A stretch of DNA of 64,000 bases from Planctomycetota bacterium (GTDB taxonomy: Bacteria; Planctomycetota; Phycisphaerae; UBA1845; PWPN01). The stretch spans positions 171,796 to 235,795 of the forward strand of contig JAKPHF010000046.1 in the NCBI GenBank assembly GCA_029550525.1, read 5' to 3'. The translations under genes were made by a program, and so were the position numbers. Shown here piece by piece: positions 38,409 through 46,757 of the stretch. Each line of letters starts with the position of its first letter. The first letter of the stretch is position 1. The notes beneath the pieces are model-generated. The model made no database searches. It was not told the DNA's origin and saw nothing but the letters and a program-made list of their open reading frames with translations.

Positions 38409-38443
38409 GCTCAGAGCTCATAGCTCACAGCTGATAGCTGCCG
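38409..38443. repeat. AGCT-core heptamer array x5, 1 nt from a stop codon
   Basis: GCTCAGA GCTCATA GCTCACA GCTGATA GCTGCCG. The stop of gene 38445..39479 lies at 38445-38447. Confidence 0.85.
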
Positions 38444-38444
38444 A

Positions 38445-39479
38445 CTAACACGACCTCCGCACGCCGTTGCCGCCGACTCGCTCCGAATGGGCCAGCTTGA
38501 ACCGCACGCGCAGCAGATCGCCGGGCGACATGAGCACCTCTTCGTACACGCGGGTGATGATCTCCTCATTGATCCGTTCGAAATCGGTTCCGCGTGGCAG
38601 GATGAGCAGACCCGCGACGTCCACCGCGCCGGGGCTGATGAGGAATTCGTCCGGACCCAAGCCGTAGAAGCTCGGCCGATGAGCCGCCCGCGGGTAGAGC
38701 CAGACGGTCCAGCAGTTGTCGGCGTACCCGACGAACAGGTTGAGCATGGGCTCGGGCCGGGCCGGGCGAACCTCGGCGAGAACTTCCAGCACCCACTCGA
38801 GCGCGCTCAGCAGTTCGTCCCGAGACCGGCTCATGAGGAAGATCGCCGACCGGTGGCCGGGCCGGCTGACACCGATGCGCACCGGCTCGCAGTGCACCCA
38901 ATCGATCCAGCCCGGGCTCTCGGCGGTCCGACCACAGCAGATGTTGCGAACCAGCTCTTTTTCGTGCGGTAACAACGCCACCGGCGCGGCCTGCAGGTGC
39001 AGATGGTCGGGCGCCGATGCCCCACTGCTCGGGCCGTTGTAGAAAATGGTGTAGTGGCCGTCCAGATCGCGAGCCAGGTCCAGCATCACCGGAGCGGCGA
39101 CCTGCACCGATTGCGGCTGGTGCGTCATCGAACTGATGGTGAAATGGGGCTCGAAGATCGGAGCCGGGTTGCACAGGATCAGCCAGTCCTTCCGGTAGAC
39201 GATCCCACACTGCGACTTGGGCAGATTGTCTTTGCAGAGAAAGCAAGGCCGGGCCGCCAGTGAGGCCGCGTCCACCTTGGCCGCGCTGCTGGCCTCGCGC
39301 CCGGGATTGTATTGGACGACGACCGTCGAGAGCCCCAGGCGGAAGCTGCGGGTGCGCACTTTACGGAGCCCGTCGAGCGCCTCCCGCAATCGGGGCCAGT
39401 CTTCCACCTGCTGACGCCAGAGCGCCGGCACGAGATTAGCCAGCGAGCCGGGGCCGATAAAGCTGCGATCGAAAGCCAT
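38445..39479 (-). CDS. HIT/GalT-superfamily nucleotidyltransferase- or phosphorylase-like protein (DUF4922-like)
   Basis: Internal ATG at 39479. Histidine motif APDHLHLQA (HxHxQ), preceded by CFLC and ILCNPAPIFEPHFTI. This resembles Ap4A-phosphorylase/GDP-hexose-phosphorylase-type folds. The family assignment is from memory, not a search. Confidence 0.5.
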   Translation of the reverse strand: MAFDRSFIGPGSLANLVPALWRQQVEDWPRLREALDGLRKVRTRSFRLGLSTVVVQYNPGREASSAAKVDAASLAARPCFLCKDNLPKSQCGIVYRKDWLILCNPAPIFEPHFTISSMTHQPQSVQVAAPVMLDLARDLDGHYTIFYNGPSSGASAPDHLHLQAAPVALLPHEKELVRNICCGRTAESPGWIDWVHCEPVRIGVSRPGHRSAIFLMSRSRDELLSALEWVLEVLAEVRPARPEPMLNLFVGYADNCWTVWLYPRAAHRPSFYGLGPDEFLISPGAVDVAGLLILPRGTDFERINEEIITRVYEEVLMSPGDLLRVRFKLAHSERVGGNGVRRSC

Positions 39480-39753
39480 AGGAATCGAATACTCACTCAA
39501 GACGAGCGGCCCGATTGTGCGATCGGCCGACCCCGTTTCGTGCCGCCATGGCATGCCCCGTTCGTCCCCCGCCCGCTCCGCAGCCAAGGGCCGCCGGCCG
39601 AGCCACCCGGGGACGACAACACAAGCGCCTATCATACGACGGGGCCCCCCGGTCGCCAAACCGGCGCCGACCGCCCCCAATTTCCGGGGATGGCAGATGT
39701 GTGACCAGCCGGCGCATGGCGCAACCAACCCTCGGCCGCCAGCCGACGCCGGC

Positions 39754-39809
39754 AGCTGTGCGAGCTGAAAGCCGATAGCCGACAGCTGACAGCTGATTGC
39801 CGATAGCTT
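39754..39809. repeat. AGCT/AGCC-core heptamer array x8, 2 nt from a stop codon
   Basis: CAGCTGT GCGAGCT GAAAGCC GATAGCC GACAGCT GACAGCT GATTGCC GATAGCT. The stop of the HMA gene lies at 39812-39814. Confidence 0.85.
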
Positions 39810-39811
39810 TC

Positions 39812-40168
39812 TTAACGCATCTCGAGCTTGGTCAGCACGTAACCCGTTCGCTCGATGGCCTGTACGAGTTGTTCGCGGGTGGGCGGCTTGCCGGAGGCCA
39901 GTGTCACCGTCGCCTGTTCATGCTCGTAGTCCACGTCGATCTGCTCGACGCCTCGAACCGCCTGCAACTCTTTCTTGATCGCCTGCACGCACAACGGGCA
40001 ACTGAGGCCCTTCACCCAGATGACGGCCGAGCGCGGTTGCGGACTGGCCGGCGCCGACTCGAACGTCCCGGCCGGCTGCACCATCCGTTCGGGCTCACCC
40101 TGGGGCCGATTACATCCGACGAGGCTCAGCGAGCAGAGCACGACTGTCGCACACATCCACTTCGCCAT
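39812..40168 (-). CDS. Heavy-metal-associated (HMA) domain lipoprotein
   Basis: ATG at 40168 follows AGGAGAAG. Lipobox LSLVGC. HMA-like VKGLSCPLCVQAIKKEL...VTLASG....L..AIERTGY. Confidence 0.7.
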   Translation of the reverse strand: MAKWMCATVVLCSLSLVGCNRPQGEPERMVQPAGTFESAPASPQPRSAVIWVKGLSCPLCVQAIKKELQAVRGVEQIDVDYEHEQATVTLASGKPPTREQLVQAIERTGYVLTKLEMR

Positions 40169-40323
40169 ACCGCTTCTCCTTTCCGCATTCAGAATTGAAC
40201 GCACCACTCAAGCTTAGGCCTGCGCGGTTCGGAGCAGCAGCAACAGGAAAAAGCCATCAGGAAGAATGGCGCGAATGACGCTTGTGCGTCGCACGCTCAC
40301 CCGCTGAACCTGCCAAATGACAC

Positions 40324-40647
40324 TCACGCCTCGGCGTCGTATGCGGCCAGCGCTGCCGGCAGACACTGGACGACGCCGTGGCCCGCCGCGGGCAGGCCGA
40401 GCAGGATGGCGCTCAGTACTTCCTCTCGAGAAGCCCCTCTTCTTGGCCAACCCGACATGGAACGGGATGCCGCTTTCCAATCTCATCGCTGCCAGTACGG
40501 CCAGGTAGGCCAGTTCCTTGGTCTTGGCGTCGAGGGCACACGCGCTGTCGAGCCCCCGGACCGCCCCATCCAGGCTTCGGCATGTCCGGCCGCTTCGGTT
40601 AAGACTGCCTGGAACGCTGGACTGACCTTCGTGTTCGCATTGCTCAT
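40324..40647 (-). pseudogene. Carboxymuconolactone decarboxylase (CMD/AhpD-like) family gene interrupted by a -1/+1 frameshift pair
   Basis: Three segments read MSNANTKVSPAFQAVLTEAAGHAEAWMG (frame 0), AVRGLDSACALDAKTKELAYLAVLAAMRLESGIPFHVGLAKKR (frame +1) and ASREEVLSAILLGLPAAGHGVVQCLPAALAAYDAEA* (frame 0 again). The shifts map to C/G homopolymers near 40553-40567 and 40434-40437. Confidence 0.6.
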
Positions 40648-40658
40648 GGGTGCGCCCT

Positions 40659-40686
40659 TAGCTATGAGCTATAGGAAGCTCTAAGT
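40659..40686. repeat. Short degenerate AGCT-core heptamer array (2-3 units)
   Basis: TTAGCTATG AGCTATA GGAAGCT CTAAG, located between the CMD pseudogene start and the tRNA-Ala flank. Confidence 0.5.
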
Positions 40687-40737
40687 TACAAAAGATTAAC
40701 GTGGCGAGCGAACGCTCAACTACCTGACACAACTGTT

Positions 40738-40831
40738 TCACCCAAATAAAATCGGCTTCGCCCCAATCTTGTTTGGGTGAAGCCGGAGATGACGGGAAAA
40801 CTCAATCTTTTCGGGTGACTGTTTCGGGTGA
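40738..40831. promoter_or_regulatory. Cluster of four TTYGGGTGA motifs (one inverted, three direct) in the AT-rich 3' flank of tRNA-Ala
   Basis: TCACCCAAA (40738-40746, inverted), TTTGGGTGA (40772-40780), TTTTCGGGTGA (40808-40818), TTTCGGGTGA (40822-40831). Confidence 0.35.
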
Positions 40832-40861
40832 GACACCTCTATTTTCTTCGTAAGTCCTTAA

Positions 40862-40934
<73 letters not shown>

Positions 40935-41217
40935 GGGGATCCTAATTGAGGTAGAATATCGTCCTGCACATCCGGCGGGCTCGAGCCCACCCGCAGGCAA
41001 CAGATCCACATTAGAACACGAATCCGGTCCGGCGCCAAGGGGTCGGCGAACCGAATTTTTTGAGGCACTCCCCCCACCTCGCGGCGGCAGGACGAACAAC
41101 GGGCCGGGACGAAGCGTGCCGTGGCCCAGCAGCACCGGCGCTGCCGACGTCCGATCACGCAGCCTCGACTGCTGCTCCTCACTGAAACGGCTGCCGACGG
41201 CCGCTCGCCGCCACGTC

Positions 41218-41634
41218 CTAGTCCTCACTGTACAGCGTGCGGTCACGCATCTGCTTGGCGTCCTCGAGCAGTTGCTCGGCATCGACCGGCTTGGCGGGCT
41301 CCAGCGTGTACGTCAATTCCCGCTGGTCGTGGATGGTCCAGGGAACCAGCACCTCGGAGATAAAGTCGAGGCCGGGCAGTTCGTACCAAGGCGCGTCGAT
41401 TCGCTCGTGCGTCGAGAGCGTCTGGTAGCCTTCCTTGCGGATCACCACGTCATAGTCGCCGTACCAGGTGAAGTCGGTGGACACCGGCGTGGTGCCGATC
41501 GTCTGGTCGTTGAGGTGCACGGTGGCTCCCTGCGGATCGGTGCGAATGGTGACGGTCCGGCGAACGCAGCCCGTCAGGCCGCCCGCCAGGACGGCCGCGG
41601 CCAGAATGCCCACAGAAGCCCGTCGTGCAGTCAT
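41218..41634 (-). CDS. PEGA domain lipoprotein
   Basis: Lipobox LAGGLTGC. PEGA-like VTIRTDPQGATVHLNDQTIGTTPVSTDFTWYGDYDVVIRKEGYQ. The start overlaps the upstream stop as ATGA. Confidence 0.75.
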   Translation of the reverse strand: MTARRASVGILAAAVLAGGLTGCVRRTVTIRTDPQGATVHLNDQTIGTTPVSTDFTWYGDYDVVIRKEGYQTLSTHERIDAPWYELPGLDFISEVLVPWTIHDQRELTYTLEPAKPVDAEQLLEDAKQMRDRTLYSED

Positions 41635-42110
41635 TGCGGTACCTCGATGATCTCAGCGGTCAGCGTGTCGGTGTCGAGAACCGCCACCGTGCATCGTCCG
41701 GTCAGCCAGCCGCAACATTCCCCCGGATTCAGGAACAGCCGGCCGTCCCGCGTCTCGTTCACCACCTCATGCGTGTGGCCGGTCACCACGGCGTCCGCCC
41801 GGGCGATCTCGCTCGGCGGACACCAGTCCACAAAATGGTGCAGGAGGATGCGCCGCCCGCCCAATTCGACCCACATAGGCCCGTCCTGGATCTGCGGAAG
41901 AACCGACTTGAGGCCCTTACGCTCGCCGTCATTGTTCCCGTACGTGATGTACAACGGCCCCGTCCAGGCGAGCAGCCGTTTGGCGGCGAACGGTGCCACC
42001 ACGTCCCCCGGATGCAGCACAGCCTGCACGCCGCGGTCGCGGAGAATCTGTAGCCCCCGATCGAGCGTCGGAAGCCGGTCGTGCGTATCAGAGATCACGC
42101 CGATCAGCAT
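41631..42110 (-). CDS. YfcE/MJ0936-family metallophosphoesterase
   Basis: Internal ATG at 42110 gives MLIGVISDTHD. Also GDVV, GNND and GHTH metallophosphatase motifs. Confidence 0.8.
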   Translation of the reverse strand: MLIGVISDTHDRLPTLDRGLQILRDRGVQAVLHPGDVVAPFAAKRLLAWTGPLYITYGNNDGERKGLKSVLPQIQDGPMWVELGGRRILLHHFVDWCPPSEIARADAVVTGHTHEVVNETRDGRLFLNPGECCGWLTGRCTVAVLDTDTLTAEIIEVPQ

Positions 42111-42214
42111 GCCGATCTTATACCGGCCCCGCGGGCCGCCGACAAGAACGGCACCGCACCGGCAGCGGCTCGTTGAGAGCCCTTCTGCGGTCAATTACAA
42201 TCCCCGGCACGAGA

Positions 42215-45200
42215 ATGACCCCGGCACTCTCACCGCCATTGGCAGCCGCTGCCGCCGCGCACCGGCGGCGCTGGGCCATTCGGGCCGGAGCCGCCCTGCT
42301 GTTGACGTTCGCACTGGGCTACCTGGCGCTGCCCCTGTGGCTTCCCACCGAATACATCCGGCTGCAGTTGCAATCGCAACTGTCGCTCGATCTCGGCACG
42401 CCCGTGCAGATCGATCGGCTGCGGGCGGGCTGGCTGGAGGGCGTGGTCATCGAGGGACTGACCGTCGTGGACAACACGAGCCGCGACGGTGAAGCCTTTG
42501 CCCGCATTGGGCGCATCCGCTGCGACTTCTCGCCCTTCACGCTCTTGGCCGGTAAACGGGTTCGCGTGCTGGAGTTCTTCGATCCGCAGATCTGGATTCA
42601 TATCGACGAGACGGGCGCCCTGCGGCTGCCCCAGTTCAACGACCAGCAGAGCCCACGTCTGCCGAGCTTGAACTACGCCGTGAACGGGCTGACCTGTCAC
42701 GTCCTCACGCCGGGCGTCAGCCAAAGCTTCCGCATCGATCGGCTCGACCTGCAACTCGACCCACCCAGCGGCTTGCTCCACCTGGCCAGCGTCACGCGCG
42801 TTCAGCGACCCCGGTCTGACACTGACGAGCCTGCCGCCGGACGGCTCGACTTTGACGCCAACATCCGCATCCCACGGCTCAAGGCGACCGAGCGGCTGAA
42901 CGGCACGTTCGAAGCCGAGTGGACCGACTTGGCCCTGAACGACCTGCCAGTGCCGCTCATCTCGCACGTGCCGGTCGAGCAGGTGGACGGAATCACCAGC
43001 GGCCGTGTGATCATTCGGACCCACCCGGACCTGGGCATCGATTACGCGGTCACGATCGCCATGGACGGCGTGCGGATCATGCGGCCCGACCTCAACCGTC
43101 CGGCTCAAGTGCCCGACGCCGAGCTGTCCTGCCGCGGACGGTGGAATCCGAATAGTGGGTTGGTCGTCATGGACGAACTGACCTGCGAGACGCCGTCGAT
43201 CCGACTGGAAGCGGGCAGCCCGGGCGAGCCGGCCTGCCGTCTGGAAGAAAACGACGAGCATCCGGCCGAACTCCATCTGCGCGGCACGATCAAAGACTGG
43301 CACGGCTTGCGCCAGGAAATTCCCGAAGTCGATCACTTCGCCCGTTTGGCCGGTGTGGAGATTGAGGGCAGCGCGCAATTCACGCTCACCGCCATCCGGG
43401 GGTTGCGCGAGGATTTCCTGGCCGTGACGCTCGACGCGAACGATTCTGACTGCACAATCCGCGGCGGTGGCACGGAAGTCGTTCGCGCCGGCGAGGGCGT
43501 CGCCAAGCATTTGGAGTTGGAGATTCACCGCGAACGAACCACCGGCCGAATCCGCCAGCCCGGGTTCTCGTTGACGCTGGGTGATACCACACTGTCGGCC
43601 AGCGGCGAGCTTGTGTTGCCTGCCGGTTACGGTGATCCAACCGGGGCCGAGGACGCGACCCTCGCCACCGATCGACTGGCCGAGATCCTGCCCACCTTGG
43701 CCGGCCAGCTGCACGTGCGATGCAACGACGCGGGGAAGCTGCGGCAGCTCCTGCCCGTGCTGGCCACGCTCCGCGAGCTGGATGAACTATCGGGCCCGAT
43801 GGAGTTCAGCGCGACGCTCGAACCACGCGAAACCTGTACGCGTCTGCATGTCTCAGCCAGCCTGGCTTCCGAATCGGCCGCCCGCTACGGCGATCGGTTT
43901 TACAAGCGTCGAGGCCGCCCGCTAAACCTGCGTGCCGTCGCAGAAATCCCCTTCACCGCCCGCGGCCGCATCGATCCGTTGAATCTCCAACTGCGACATG
44001 GGACAGGCATGCTGGAACTCGCGTCGCGCAACGGCAGCCTCGACTACCAGTTCGATCTGCGCGAGACACTAACCGGGTTCGCCCTGGTCGCTGCGGGCGG
44101 CCGCTGGCAAGCCGATCTCCGCGTGACAGCGATCGAGGACCTGCTCGATCTGATGCCGACAGCCGCAAGCGCTTTGAAAATCGGCGGCCTGAATTTCCTC
44201 GCCGGTGGTATCCGCGCCGATCTGCGCACTGAGTTTTCCTATCGCCCAGGTGACGCCGTCATCCGCAGCAACGCGCACGTCATCGCGGACGGCATCGCAC
44301 TCGACTTGGATCGCAGGTTCACCAAGCGCGCGGGCGAACGAATGAGCATCGATCTAGCCCACAGCGTGCGTCATGCGTCACAGCAGTTCGAGACGGCGTG
44401 GGATGCGACGCTGTCGACGTCCGCGGGCAAGCTCAGCGCTTCATGGACCACATGCGAGGCCGATCCTTCAGAGCCGGTCAGCCGCTTCGAAATGCTGGCC
44501 GCTCGGGCCGACATTTATCAACTGGCCGACTGTCTACCCGCCATCCCCGACGTGGCAGAGCGGCTCGGACTCCGCGGCGCCGGCAAGCTGACCGTTGAGT
44601 TGCACCGGTTAGCCTTGGGCGAATGGACAACGTCCACCGCCCGTTTCGACGCCACGCAGGCGGACCTGGCCGACATACGGCGGATCGGCTGGCGCAAACC
44701 GCCGGGTGTGCCGGTGCAGGGCGAAGTGGCTTGGACGAGCGTGCCTGAGACCACGGGTTCCGGTCGTCGGACGTACCACATCACGAAAGGAACTGGTCGA
44801 TTGGCCGGCGCCACCATCGACACGGTTGAGGGAAGCATCACGCTAAATCCCGACGCTCTGCGAGCGTTCGATCTTTCCCACAATCTCGGCACTATCGAGC
44901 TAACCGGCAGCATCGACTTCGACCAATCGTTCGACGCGTTGCACCCACGCCTTGGTGAGTATGTGCGAGCCCATGAACTGGCGGGCCGGCTGGACTGGCG
45001 ACTGGAGACGAGCATCGCCTCCGATTCGATCTCGCTGGGCGGTGCGTGCGATGCGTCCGGACTGCAGTTCAAAACCGCATGGAACGATCGCAGCCCATGG
45101 TTCATCGAAAAGCCGGCGGATTATCCGTTGGCCGCCTCGTGCGTCGTTTCGTTGAGACCTCCGGCGAACGGTCACCCGCTCTCGATCACGCTGCACGATG

Positions 45201-46588
45201 TCGCCGTGTCCGCTGCGGGCAACACCATCTCCGCCCGGGGCGAGCTGCCATTGAGCCTCAACGATGGCCAGGCTGCCGGCCGGACGGCCCTGCAAGTTGC
45301 CGCCGACCTGCCGCGTCTGGAGGAGTTGCGAAAGCTCGTGCCGGCCGCCCCCGTCGAGACGCTGTCGGGCCGTACGCAGGTGGAGTTCGCGCTGGCGAGC
45401 GACGGACGCTCCGTGGAAATCGACGACGGGCACATCGAATTCGATGATGTTCGGGTTGGCTCGGCAGCACGGCCGCTCCAACTGACCGGATCGGCACAGC
45501 TCGACGGGACCCGCGGGCTCAACCTCGAGCGCTTGCAATGGAGCTGGGGACGATCGGCGGGAACGTTCTCCGGCCTGTTCGCCTCACAGGCCGGGCAGTA
45601 CGACGTGCTCCTGGGCATCGGCGGTGACGAACTGTACATCGAGGATCTGCTGGACTGTGTCGATGAGTTCATGGCCGGCTTCAAGACGCCGGAGCAGCAG
45701 GCTTCGCCATCGCCTGCAAAGCCCGGCCAGGATCCCGTCCAACTCGTCATGGACCTGCTTCGCCGAACCAAGGCGAACGTCACTGCCCACGTAAAGACCG
45801 CTGTAACGCCGCTGCCGCTGGGCATGAGAGCGACCACCGACGCGGGCTGGCAGGAGTTGACCATCGACCGTGGTCGCATCGAGTTGCAGTTCGGCTGCCT
45901 GGTGGACGGAGGCTGCGTGGACGGCCGCGTCACCGCCGACCTCACCACCGACGATCCGCAGTATCGCCTGACGTACACCGCCGATCGAATCGCCCCCGGC
46001 AGCCTCGTCGATGCTTACCTGCGGCGAACCTTCCCCGGCATGACCGCGACCGGCCCGCTGACGCTCATCGACGAGTCAATCCAAAAGCTCAGGCCTGCCC
46101 CGGGCGAACCCAACTACGAGGTGGGCAAGGGCGAACTGATCATCGACGGCGGCGTCGTCTCGGGCCGGGCTGCCCCCCTGTGGATGGCTCGCATCTTCCC
46201 CAACCTGAACCTGGCCAGCTTCGAGTTCTCGCGTATGCACAGTTGGTTCGACAAGTCGGTTGACGGGCGCGTTCAGCACCAGATGATCTATCACGGGGCT
46301 TACTACAACGTGTACATGATCGGCTGGAGCAACCCGGAGGGCTACTTCGACTACGAGGTCGGCATCGACTTCCTCGCCGGCCTGGAGAGCGAGTACTGGG
46401 CCAACACCGGTCAGGGGCGGGTACCCCTATTCAGCAAGACCGGCCAAGTCCGCCCTGACGGCTCGCTCGCAGACGAAACCGTCACGTTCGTCTCGTTCCG
46501 TCGCGTCCTCGAAACGCTCTTCGTCCGAAACAATCCCGTCGTCACCGCCTATCACGCCGTCCGGAAGCGGGCGATGGCGAATGAATAG
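42215..46588 (+). CDS. Giant (~1457 aa) membrane-anchored AsmA/TamB-like envelope protein. The functional label is tentative
   Basis: Internal ATG at 42215. N-terminal anchor WAIRAGAALLLTFALGYLALPLW followed by AsmA-like N-terminal sequence (IRLQLQSQLSLDLGTPVQIDRLRAGWLEGVVIEGLTV) and more than 1300 aa of beta-rich sequence. Confidence 0.7.
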   Translation: MTPALSPPLAAAAAAHRRRWAIRAGAALLLTFALGYLALPLWLPTEYIRLQLQSQLSLDLGTPVQIDRLRAGWLEGVVIEGLTVVDNTSRDGEAFARIGRIRCDFSPFTLLAGKRVRVLEFFDPQIWIHIDETGALRLPQFNDQQSPRLPSLNYAVNGLTCHVLTPGVSQSFRIDRLDLQLDPPSGLLHLASVTRVQRPRSDTDEPAAGRLDFDANIRIPRLKATERLNGTFEAEWTDLALNDLPVPLISHVPVEQVDGITSGRVIIRTHPDLGIDYAVTIAMDGVRIMRPDLNRPAQVPDAELSCRGRWNPNSGLVVMDELTCETPSIRLEAGSPGEPACRLEENDEHPAELHLRGTIKDWHGLRQEIPEVDHFARLAGVEIEGSAQFTLTAIRGLREDFLAVTLDANDSDCTIRGGGTEVVRAGEGVAKHLELEIHRERTTGRIRQPGFSLTLGDTTLSASGELVLPAGYGDPTGAEDATLATDRLAEILPTLAGQLHVRCNDAGKLRQLLPVLATLRELDELSGPMEFSATLEPRETCTRLHVSASLASESAARYGDRFYKRRGRPLNLRAVAEIPFTARGRIDPLNLQLRHGTGMLELASRNGSLDYQFDLRETLTGFALVAAGGRWQADLRVTAIEDLLDLMPTAASALKIGGLNFLAGGIRADLRTEFSYRPGDAVIRSNAHVIADGIALDLDRRFTKRAGERMSIDLAHSVRHASQQFETAWDATLSTSAGKLSASWTTCEADPSEPVSRFEMLAARADIYQLADCLPAIPDVAERLGLRGAGKLTVELHRLALGEWTTSTARFDATQADLADIRRIGWRKPPGVPVQGEVAWTSVPETTGSGRRTYHITKGTGRLAGATIDTVEGSITLNPDALRAFDLSHNLGTIELTGSIDFDQSFDALHPRLGEYVRAHELAGRLDWRLETSIASDSISLGGACDASGLQFKTAWNDRSPWFIEKPADYPLAASCVVSLRPPANGHPLSITLHDVAVSAAGNTISARGELPLSLNDGQAAGRTALQVAADLPRLEELRKLVPAAPVETLSGRTQVEFALASDGRSVEIDDGHIEFDDVRVGSAARPLQLTGSAQLDGTRGLNLERLQWSWGRSAGTFSGLFASQAGQYDVLLGIGGDELYIEDLLDCVDEFMAGFKTPEQQASPSPAKPGQDPVQLVMDLLRRTKANVTAHVKTAVTPLPLGMRATTDAGWQELTIDRGRIELQFGCLVDGGCVDGRVTADLTTDDPQYRLTYTADRIAPGSLVDAYLRRTFPGMTATGPLTLIDESIQKLRPAPGEPNYEVGKGELIIDGGVVSGRAAPLWMARIFPNLNLASFEFSRMHSWFDKSVDGRVQHQMIYHGAYYNVYMIGWSNPEGYFDYEVGIDFLAGLESEYWANTGQGRVPLFSKTGQVRPDGSLADETVTFVSFRRVLETLFVRNNPVVTAYHAVRKRAMANE

Positions 46589-46630
46589 CTGTCAGCTGTG
46601 AGCTATGAGCTGTGAGCTGTGAGCTATCAG
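46587..46630. repeat. AGCT-core heptamer array x6 overlapping the stop codon of the AsmA-like gene
   Basis: AGCTGTC AGCTGTG AGCTATG AGCTGTG AGCTGTG AGCTATC AG. The TAG stop (46586-46588) overlaps the first unit. TGA triplets at 46599, 46606, 46613 and 46620 cover all three frames. Confidence 0.9.
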
Positions 46631-46757
46631 TCTTGAACCGATGGCTGCCGGTTCAGGGGGACATCTTGCCCGCCTCAAATCATTCTTGCCATTACTCGGT
46701 CACAGCACAGGCATCGCGTCCGGCGTACAGACCCTTCTCGACCCACAGCAGCAGAGG

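Noticed and set aside
40214-40684. The ORF-track entries 40214-40486(-) and 40406-40684(+) as independent genes.
   Set aside because: The minus-strand ORF is only the out-of-frame central piece of the CMD-like gene running into nonsense sequence. The plus-strand ORF is antisense to it and has no coding features.
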